Source of the DNA: Octopus vulgaris
Lineage: Eukaryota
Direction: 5' to 3'
Assembly (NCBI GenBank): GCA_951406725.2
Contig: OX597815.1
Location: 142,228,001-142,292,000, forward strand
DNA length: 64,000 bases
Shown piece after piece: positions 53,335 to 64,000 of the stretch (the stretch's first letter is position 1; each line of letters opens with the position of its first letter). The position numbers and the translations under genes are program-made. A model generated the notes under the pieces. That model was not told the origin of the DNA and did no database searches. It saw only the letters and a list, made by a program, of their open reading frames with translations.

Positions 53335-54371
53335 CAACAGAAATTTAGATTCAGATGAATATTGTACTTAAGTTGAGGCACCAGTAGTGGAAATAAAGGC
53401 AACATGTTCTTTGTCTGTCTCCTTAACTTCTTGGAGATTTCAGGCAAAATTCTACTAATGTGTCCATCTGTTATAATTTAATTCATTTCTATTCTTTGTG
53501 CAGCTGTGGATTGTTCTGCATTTAAATTGATGTAATGGCTGCATTGTTTAATTAAATGGAGTTGCGTGAAATAGCGGCATTGCAATACCGCTGGATATCC
53601 TTGTTGCTTATTTATTCTAATATATATATATATATATATGCATACATACATACATACATACATACATACATACATACATACATACATACATACATACATA
53701 CATACATACATACATACATACATACGTACGTACGTACATACATATATCCTTATATAAGATACTAATATTTATTGAAATTCATAATATAGAATTTGGCTGT
53801 TAAATGGTAAGGGACTTTGAAAACCTCTAGAGCATTAGTAGTCTCTATTCTCCCTACCCCACTAACTTCAGTCTACTAGCTCTTTGCTATAATACATTCA
53901 AATATGTCTAAACTGAATTCCTCAAAATGAGGATGGGTTTATGGTTTTGACATTTGTACTACCCCTTCCTCTATCTATAAAAAAATTCTTGTTTGTCTCC
54001 ATTCAACCAATAATAAAAAACCCTCCCCACTGATAGATCTAAATGACAAATAGCTAAAAGCGGATTTAGTGATAAAATCTACAGACCAGAATGAACATAC
54101 TACCATCAGGTTCTTAATGATGAAATTAACCTCTCTGTCTATATATCTACCCTCTTTGTAATGTTGGCAAATGAAATAAGTAAAATAATGTGCATTGTCC
54201 GTTTAATTGAAAATTTCTATATGTGATTGAAGATTGCTCGACATTTTAAAACTGATGTAATACTTACCGGGTTTAATAAAATGAAGTAGCATGAAACAAT
54301 TGTACTACTCTACCTTGGATATCCTTGTTGCTTATTTTGATTATATACATATACACACACACACACACACA

Positions 54372-54435
<64 letters not shown>

Positions 54436-54745
54436 CATACATATATAGATTGACACCTCTACCTCTTTGTTACTTTTATTTTATTTACCTTTCCTGGAAT
54501 CTACTCTTCGTAAATATTATAGACAGTATTTGTAATATAATGTACATGTGTGAATAGCTAAGAGCGGATTTCTTCACTCTCCTGGTTCTTATTATCGGCA
54601 TACACAGCAAGAATATCCTGTGATCAGCATTTATGCAGCAAATCTGATATTCTCTTAATATTGTTGAATATGCATATTAATCAGACCGAACAAGATGCCT
54701 CAATTTAAGTACCGAACTCATCTGAAACTTAATTGCATTTGTATA
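53335..54745. repeat. Three pieces of one repeat family: 53335-53620 (+), ~54200-54340 (+), 54600-54745 (-), with an HHR-like relic
   Basis: ggatatccttgttgcttattt twice; ttcagatga...gtacttaa.ttgaggca on both strands; CUGAUGU...GAAA-CAAUUG-UA at 54252-54304. Confidence 0.6.
53641..53723. repeat. (CATA)n microsatellite
   Basis: Direct reading. Confidence 0.95.
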
Positions 54746-56959
54746 TATATATATCGAATGCGACCCACATTATTAGGCATATCAACCTTCTCTCAATAAA
54801 TGTATAGTCGTTCAAAACCATTATCTTTTCACCAACCGTTGGCAACACCTATCTGCGCACTTTCTGTTAAAATAAATTGGATCAGCGCTGACGAAAACAA
54901 ACGGCGGCCATTATCGTGTAGCGGCAACATTTCTGCTGATCCACATTATTAACAGGTACCCAATTTAAGTGACGTTATAGGGCAGAAACGTGATCTTACC
55001 TGGAATGAGAATTCTACATCGTGACAGATCTTGAAAAAAGGAAAAAACAAACATAGAAATATCCCAAATACTGGGAAAAGAGTTCCGAACAATAATGAAG
55101 TTTGTGCAGTCTCCTATTTCTATCCGATTGAGGATTGTCGAGGGTTGCTTCGTATCGTACATTTTCATGTTACACCAAATATATGCATTAGTATATTTAT
55201 ACTACTGTTTGAAATTCACGACTAAATAATCATAAAATTATTGTATCTTGACAATTTGAATAGAAATATGTCTGTGCTGTGTTTGTGCGAGATATTGTTA
55301 TAATGTTAGCAAGAGGTGTGTTTTCCTTAAAGGCCAGAGATTTCATTCAATATGTTTCGTTAGAATTGATTTTCTATTCATTTTCAGAATCTTTCAGGAA
55401 TTCTTTCTTGCTTATATCTAAATTGATAAATTTAATATTGTTAATATCTAATTGATACTTATTTACATGGTGGTGTTAATAAGATCTTATTTGTGTAAGC
55501 TGTTAAAAAAATTGATTTCTTATTCTTTAGAAATTAATGTGTTAGCATTGTTTCTATGTTTAAGTAGATTACAAAACTAATATTAGATTCCTACCAGTTA
55601 TTTGTTCATTGATTATATCCTTCAAAGAGAAGGTTGTTATTTTTTAAAGTATGAATATAATATAGTTTGCTCAAAATGCATTATGCCTAGTTGTATTGAA
55701 TTCTAAAAATGCGGCATTATCGCCATCTCTTTGAAATATATGGCTCGCTGTTTCGAATTGACCGTACGTGCATATTCTACTTAGTTATTAAAAGTACCGT
55801 AGTGTTTCATACTGCCAGATTTACCTATGATTTTATATGGCTCATAGGTAACAAATCACTTTTGAATTCTGAAATAACTGAAAATATTTGGTACTACAAA
55901 ATTTCCGATTACAATATTTTATAACATTTTTCTTAAGGTAACTGTATTTTATGTTTGTATACAATTATCGTATATAAATGTTGGAAACAGCTTTCATAGG
56001 GAACATAATGTGTTGGGTGATTATATGGAAATTTCAATATATAATTTCGGCAATTTATACTCTGCACCTATTAAATGTGATTGTCGTAATATATTTGTGA
56101 ATATGATACAGTTAAATGATATTGAGGGTATTTATGAAAGTCTAATTTTAAATTGATTTTAACTCTACAATATTTACATGAGAGAATTTACTATGAACGT
56201 ATAAAGTTAGATATTACGTACGAAAAATTACAATATGCGTTTGATTTAAAGTGTTGAAAAGGTTTTCTAATTTTATAGCTGATGGTTCTGACATAAGCAG
56301 AACTAATCTATTACTGCTTTCGAAAATCGCATGGAATTAAATGTCATTTTCTAGAAATTCATCATTTTGCAAGTAAAGGTTTATATTTGAATATTTGCAC
56401 TGTAGCCTTCATTTTTCTTTCCTTTGGTGGCATTATATTTTGGTTGGTCATTGGTCTTGATCACATGTGATATTCGTTTATGCAGCTGTACGTATTTTGA
56501 AGTGCATTTCACTGAATAGGATATGGTAATTATGGCCAGTGTAGTATATATGTGTATGTATGTGTGTTTATGCATATGTGTGTATGTGTAATCATGTGTT
56601 TGCATATGATTGCATGTTTTCTAATATGCCATTTTTATTTGTTAGATGTGCATGAAGAGGAAAATAACCCTTTGAAACTGTCAGGCTGGGTTATAATGAT
56701 GTCACTAATTTTTTATGTGAAATGACGCAAAGTCCGGTTGTAGGAGTAATGATATTTATTCAGGTGTAATGGACTGTTATTAAATGTTTTTTTCAGAAGG
56801 CTAAGGAAGTATCTTGGAGAAAACTTACATCACCCACGCATTTATGTTCCTTGTCTGTATCAATGTATGAGCAAGAATATATACATACATAAACACACAC
56901 ACACATACACACACACATACACACACACCCACGCATATATATATGTATATATAATATTT

Positions 56960-57212
56960 ATTGCCAAACTGACATGGCAGTCCATAGAAATAGGACGAAT
57001 ACTGCTGTTGATTAGCTCCGAGAGGCTATCGCCTCTAGCTAGCTATATGACACACGAACCTGCATCCATAAACCTTCGAACAGGAGAGGTCATCAAATTC
57101 CTCTTGCTGCCCTTGGCAACCACAGACCGATTTCGGAATAGTTGCTTCTTATCAATGTGGAGCAGCCGTGTCTAGCAGGGGTCACTGATCACCTTTCGTC
57201 GAAGGTTTCGTT
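56960..57212 (-). mobile_element. Second member of the 2155-2399 family (probable PLE pLTR fragment), bounded by TA-rich tracts
   Basis: tgattagctcc.agaggc.atcgcctctagctagctatatgacacacgaac.tgc.tccat...aaccttcgaacaggagaggtca shared with 2167-2252. Confidence 0.85.
57120..57160 (-). ncRNA. Minimal type I hammerhead ribozyme motif, U3:A8 variant
   Basis: CCACA-UUGAUAA-GAAGCAACUAUUCC-GAAA-UCGG-UC-UGUGG; same spacing as 2279-2319 with a covarying helix I. Confidence 0.78.
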
Positions 57213-60200
57213 TATATATATATATATATATATATATATGATATATATATATATGTGTATATATATATACAGATAAATAGAAATATATATGTATGCATAT
57301 GCGTATATTCATGCAAATATAAATATATATGCATGTATCTATAAACATATATATACATATATATAAACATACATACATACTCACTCACACATACAAAAAG
57401 CATATATACAAAAGCTTGTATGCTTGTATTTATATGGATACGTCATTTGACACAAGAAAATATTTCAGTGACGACTTCAGCATAATTACATGGAGCCTAT
57501 CATAATTAGCGCAGTGAATTGAACATGTTTTTAATCGAGATATATTCGAAATGAGTAGAAACTCATTATCACTCCGGGTAACTCAAGGGGAACAATCCTG
57601 AAAGTTCACTTCTTAAAATACTGAGAGAATATTGCAGGGGGAAATGACGTTGATCTTTGTGGTATGTATAGTGAGAACGCCACTCATGTTTCGCTTCGTT
57701 TAAAATGAATTCAGAATCCTGTGTTTACTCCCGCACCTTCTTAGATAAGAATGTTAATGAATTTTCTATCCATTACGCTTTAAATTACTCTAATTAAAGT
57801 TAGTATATTAGTCCGCACTTAACCAATATCATTAAGCAATTACCATATTTCTGCGTATGTGTGCTTTTGTGCAACAGGCTACAAATAAACGTGACGGAGA
57901 TTTTTTTTTTCATTCGTTAGCAATCGACGGCTCCAAACCACTCATTTATCATGCACGAAAATCTGAAACTAATCAAATTCTCATTAGTCTCGCTGATGCT
58001 ATGAAAGATTTCCAAATTGCCTTCGATTTTGATTTCAGCAAGGCCTTTCATCGCAGTTAAGTTGATTGAATTTCAGTAATATCGCAGATATAACTATCAA
58101 CGTTTCTCCCGTGTAACCCTGTTTAACTTCAACATATTTTAAAGAAAGCAGGTGTGTATTATGTGGCTGTATCAACCTAACATTCATGTTTAGAGATATT
58201 TTTTTTTTCATTGTACGTTATCTCACTACTTGAAACATAATTGTGCCAGAACGATAACTAATTATTTTACCTCTCTTATCTATTGGAATGAGCCAGCATA
58301 GGATTTTATATATGTGTGTGTTGCATATGTATGTATTATATCAATGAGGCATGGGAGGCAATAATGATTCAGTAAAATACTTCAATCGTACTCATACTTA
58401 CCGACCGATCCTCAGAATATACGTCAACTTCAACCGATCCACAGTTCGAATGTCATATGTCAAGGAGAGTAGTTAAATTATAATTTTTAAAACATTGACT
58501 TTTTAGCTTTATACTTGCCAAATACTCGACCATGCCTGTTAAAGTGTAAACTTGAAATTTTAATGTGTGTGTGTGTCTACCTATCTTCATCTCTTTATGT
58601 CTGTGTGCTCATATGTGCGCGTGTGTCTTTGTATATGTATACGTAAACATCTCTGACATTGGGGTGACGTAGACATTTGCAGGAGAGAGTGTGCTAAAGT
58701 GATACCATTGTATTTTGTTTTTAGTCTTTATAAATAAACCAATTATTTTATTTGAAAACAAGGAATGCCAAATATATTTCTGGAAACCTGGTGCTTACAT
58801 TCCTCCCTCGTCGCCCCACAAAGCAAATTGTCTCGCCGTTAATTTATCTGTCGCATTTTTATTTCTTTCCTTTAAAATGTTATCTATATAATCCAAACAA
58901 GAAACATTTATGCTGTCTTACACTATGCCAAAAACAGGAGTCAATTGCCTTGCATACCTCATGATTTTCTAAGAAAAAAAAACAGAACTATGATGTGGTG
59001 GTCTTAAATCGACTGAAGAAAATTAGTAGGAGTCCACATAAAGGTAAATGTTAGCAAGAAATTGAAATGTTTATGTTCATCGACAACAGAGCAAAACCAA
59101 AAGGCCTGGTTGATAAGATAGTTTGAGGATTTAAAAAAAAATTAACGACTGAGACAAAACACCTCCGCAGCAACAGTGAAGTATTGCTTGACTTAAATAA
59201 AAAATAGGTGAGGACATAAATCCAATAAATTAGCGATGGATGCAATCTGCGAAAATGACAGTCCAAGTGAGTAGTGTTAAACATACACTGGTTTTCTTTC
59301 CTATCTAAGAACCAATGTAAATACTGAAGTAATACTTTTCTATGGCACTTCCCACCTATCTCACTAATATTCAAAACGAACGTACAATTTTTCCTTATTC
59401 TAATTTTTTATTCTAATAATTTCTTTATTATTGGCAGATACTACAAATGCCTTTAATATTGAATGTACTTTTCTAACAAATCTAATTAAGTAAATACTAC
59501 TTTTCATGATGCAATTCCTTTTCCTACCTCTGAAACTAATAGTATTTCCCGAGAGGATTTAATGCTTCAGAGCAACAGTTCATATTCTCAATATCCATAA
59601 GGTACATTATTATAGTTACCGTTAAGGGTGCAGGTGAAAAAATGAAAATAACATGAAATATAAATTCGAATATTCTCAACCAGTCTACCTACTGCAAATA
59701 CGATCGTATTAATCACACAATATTAGTAGCGTATTCTGTTTCATTCTTATGATGTAGAACAAATACTTTTGTAATATTATTTAAAACTAATTCTTGAAAC
59801 TTTTTTTATCAAATAGCCATATGAATAACAGAGATATAATTGCATTGAATCAGTATATGCATGTTTACTATTTTGAATAAAAATGTATTTGTCTAGCTAC
59901 TACGTTAGTAGATTTAAAGAAATAAAAGCAAGATGACATTTCAAAAGTCTCAAGTAAAAAGACGCTTGAATATATTCGATCTGAATATCAAATGCTTCTA
60001 TACAATGATTGTCAAAATTTGATTCCTGATAACAATTTATCACTCCAAATTCTTAATACCTTAAGAGGAATTTCATGTTTGTATATCAAAGATTATGTAC
60101 TGATGAACAGAAGAGTCATAAATACCAAATTCAATTTCTTGGTATCTTTTAAAACACAATATACTAGCTTCGATGCATCGAACAGTAAAATGTTCGAGAT

Positions 60201-60579
60201 TATTATCACTGAACATAAAACTCCAAAGTTTGGGTCACACAAAAGACTCACAATCTATCTTAAGAAATATAAACCATTGTAAAGATATGTCATGGCGATA
60301 TGGATGCAGATGAGAGGAATATTCCAACATGAGACCGAGATGAAATTAGATTTTCAAGAAGGTTGCCTTTCAAAAGAGGATTTCATGAATACCTAATACA
60401 AGAGTAACAAGTGATATAAGATTGCATATAGTTGAAAGTCGATAAATCATTCAGAGCGGTACATAATCTTTAAGTCTAACTATCTGTGGAATACATTGAA
60501 ATTGTACATCCAACTAATGAACGCATCATATGTATGTATGAATGTTTGTGAGAACGAGAGAGATGATACCTACATATAT

Positions 60580-60649
60580 ATATGTGCACAAACACAAACA
60601 CACACAGACACAGGCACACACACACATACACACGCACACTCATACATAC

Positions 60650-60704
<55 letters not shown>

Positions 60705-60738
60705 CACATATATGTATGTATATATTTATATATGTATG

Positions 60739-60783
<45 letters not shown>

Positions 60784-60796
60784 TAATATATATATA
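60580..60796. repeat. (CA)n/(TA)n compound microsatellite
   Basis: Direct reading. Confidence 0.95.
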
Positions 60797-61487
60797 GCAA
60801 AGTGGCAGCATCAGCATTGTTAAGCAAGCTTACTTCAGGAACACGTCAGGCAAATAGTATGTGCACGAACAGAGATCAAATCTGATACAAGCTCTTCCCT
60901 GAAATATAAGACTTGTACACTAGACATCAGCGAAACTCATAGTCTTTTGTAACTCTCACTACATAATAAATATCCGCTCAATCACTAGTACAAAATTCAT
61001 TTCCAATGCTGTTCTATTTGTTTGAATTAGAAATTGACCTACAGGTATTCATATCATATCCAGCAACGCATATATGTTTATGTAATTTGGTGACAGTTAA
61101 AATATTGACAATATAGTCTCTTTTTCCTAATATAGCTACTGAAAAATACTCTTCGTAAATATTATCTATTGATACACGGTAGGGATGCATTTCTCTACCA
61201 TATATTCACTGCCATTAATATTAAGGTAGCAGGTTTAATCTGTAGTCAGAGGATTCAGCTTTCCCTTACGAATATTTGTCTGCAAAGCAAGTACACGGAT
61301 ATTGAGTTTACCGTATATGTATTAGATGAAAGCAATTTTATGAAAGATACGTTTGTGAAGGATACGTTTTATATTATAAAGACCTAATACTGCATTACAA
61401 CAAATTATAGACAATTGCAAAGCAAAATATAGGCCATGCAAATTAATGCACAGCTGTAGGGATAAAGTACCGCAAAAACATAGAGAA

Positions 61488-61528
<41 letters not shown>

Positions 61529-61532
61529 CACA

Positions 61533-61760
61533 CTGGTGACTCGGCAGAACCATTAGCACGCCTGGTGAAAAGTTTAGGGGTATTTCGTCTGCCGTTACAT
61601 TCTGAGTTCAAATTCCGCCGAGGTCGAATTTGCCTTTCATCATTTCAGGGTCAATTAAATAAGTACCAGTTACGCACTGGAGTCGATGTAATCGTCATAA
61701 TCCCTTTGTCTCCCCTTGTTTATCCCCTCTATGTTCAGCCCCCTATGGGCAATAAAGAAA
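61533..61760 (+). mobile_element. tRNA-derived SINE
   Basis: ggcagaaccattagcacgcc...ctgagttcaaattccgccgagg...aagtaccagttacgcactgg. Confidence 0.85.
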
Positions 61761-61779
61761 TATGTATATATATATATAT

Positions 61780-64000
61780 ATATAACTTAGAATAACTTAG
61801 AAAGGTTTTGGCCAGTATTGGCCCAGGCCATGTCTAACTTAATAGCACCACCTGGTGAAGTCTTTCAGTTCAGGATTTGGGCACCAAGGCCCATTCGAGC
61901 AGAGAGTTATTGTTTGCAGAGACATATCCGGGTGTGGGTGGTTTGTCCGGTACTGTTTGAAGGAATTTGTCCAAAGACTTCTTGAATTTTGTGTGGTCAG
62001 TTTCTTTTTGACGTGCCCTGGTGTAATGTTGAAGAGAGCAGGTCCAATTGAGGTGAAATAGTTGTGCCGTATTGTCGTTATGTGATGCGATTTAGATTTT
62101 TGTTGTGGACGGATGGCACGTGGTCCAAGCCTTGGATGCATTTTGAAGGTGATGCCAACATCATTCGGACAGTGCTGGTGGAATATTTTCCACATCATAC
62201 AGATAATGTAGCGTTCACGGCGTCGTTGGAGTGAATACAATTTCAGCTTCTCTAGTCTACCCCAGTAGTCAAGGTCTGACATGCCATCTATCTTTTTTGT
62301 GATTGACCTTTGGGGAGCTTCAATTCTCATAATATTTTGTTTTGTGTAGGGAGACCACAGTGGACAGCAGTATTCAAGGTGGGGTCGGGCAAAAGTGGAG
62401 AAGAGAAGGATAATAGCGTGGGAATCTCTCAACTGGAAGGTTCTGATGTTACTGTGTTTGATGGTATCAGTAATATCATTTATGTAGATGATGAAGAGAA
62501 GTGGGCCCAACACAGTGCCTTGTGGGACACCACTGCTGACTTTGGCTGGGCTGGATTTGACTCCTTCGACTACAACATGTTGGGTTCTGTTAGACAGGAA
62601 GCACTTGATCCACTGCAGCAACTTTCCAGTGACACCAATATTGGACAGCTTTCTCAGAAGGATCTTATGATCAACCCTGTCAAAGGCCTTGCTGAAATCA
62701 AGGTAGATGACATCAGTGTTGGAACCTTCTCCCAAGGCTCTCAAGATGTCATCAAAATGATGCAGTAGCTGCGTCAGGCAATCTCTCCCATTACGGAATC
62801 CATGCTGGTTGGGGTTCAGCATATTATGACTCTCAAGGAAGTGAGTCATACGCGATCTCAGCACCCTCTCAAATACCTTGATGATATGAGAGGTGAGTGA
62901 GATTGGACGGTAATTCACGGCAAGCGATTTGTTTCCTTTTTTGAAAACTGGGACAACAGACTGGGATAGAGGGTCCTCTGGTATATATCCAGCATCCAGT
63001 GAGTTCCGCCACAGATTGGCTAGAGGGGGTGCAAGTTGGTTTTGACACATCTTCAAGACACAAGCAGGGAACCTATCGGGACCTACTGCTGAATTATGCT
63101 TCATTTCCTTTATTGCTGCTAAGACATCAGGAGCCTCAAATGTTATGTCCGATAAAGTGTATTGGGGAGTAACATCACTGATACAGCCCAGATCAGTCAT
63201 ATCAGGATTGCTGAAAACAGAGCAATATTGTTTCTGCAATATCTCTCCCATGGTTTTGGCATTGTCTTGAAGAGTACCATTTTCATCAATCAGAGGGCCA
63301 ACAGTAGAACCAGTGACTCTGTGTTTTTTTGCAAATGAAAAGAACACTTTGGGATTGAGTTTGATCTTCTCAATGGCCCAGGCCTCTTCAGCTCTTCGCT
63401 GACTATTGATGATAGACATCATGTTGTTTTGGAGTTTATGTTTTTTAATCTCTAGCGACGAGATGGCAGTCAGGTTGGTGTGTTGCTGTTGCCAGTATTT
63501 CAGCATGTTGATCTTTTTGTTGATTCTTTTAATTTTCCTTATGAGAGATTTTCTATTTCTAGGGATTCGACACTTAGATTTGTTTGCAGATATTAATGGG
63601 GTGTGTCTTGCACATATGTTCATGATGGTGTCTACAAGTGACTGCCAGGACTTTTTAATGTTAGTGGGTGTGTATGTGTGCGTGAAGGACCAATCGACTT
63701 GTGCAAGATCATTATTGATCGCTTCCCAGTTTGCATTGTGGAAATCCATAGTGTCAAATGGATGAACAAGAGGGATGACATTTGTTTTGCATTTTGGCCA
63801 GTGAAATCTCAGATCACAGAGAACCATGTCATGGTCGGAGAGTAGGGTTTTCTCCACTGCAATATTGTGGATAGTATCAGTGTGATTGCTGAAAATTAAG
63901 TCTAAGACGTTTTTGTGACATCTCGTTGGTTCGAGTACCAGTTGGGACAAGAAGAAGTCATCCATGAAGTCAAGAAGCGATTCCACTGCCTCCCTGTCAG
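61780..64000 (-). mobile_element. CR1/L2-group-like LINE with an in-frame deletion of the RT catalytic motif; runs off the window end
   Basis: 715-aa ORF: LDLIF..SDH (APE end), NYRPISLTS, DFSKAFD, GVPQGTVLGPLLF, then jumps KHSNIRTF/QLRDSH with no ADD; tail ctaagttat repeated. Confidence 0.95.

Noticed and set aside
57960-58060. DFSKAF peptide
   Set aside because: Possibly a tiny LINE RT crumb, but too short to call

Overview
AT-rich, repeat-dense eukaryotic intergenic or intronic DNA with no recognisable host protein-coding exon. The SINE families resemble octopus/cephalopod tRNA-derived SINEs; this is recognition from memory, not a search result. Nearly all short ORFs are microsatellite artefacts. 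The window holds three disrupted CR1/L2-group-like LINE copies, two clear Penelope-like elements (PLEs) plus a Neptune-type GIY-YIG relic, mariner and maT transposase relics, many SINEs, and a 1.58-kb RT-less insertion with a perfect 13-bp TSD. The most striking signal is a population of about ten minimal type I hammerhead ribozyme (HHR) motifs, many with palindromic helix III loops. Two sit in the 3' pseudo-LTRs of the PLEs and others in short fold-back elements next to (TA)n tracts. They include compensatory variants of the catalytic 3-8 pair: U3:A8 in two covarying copies and G3:C8 in one. A canonical CUGANGA motif search would miss these variants.
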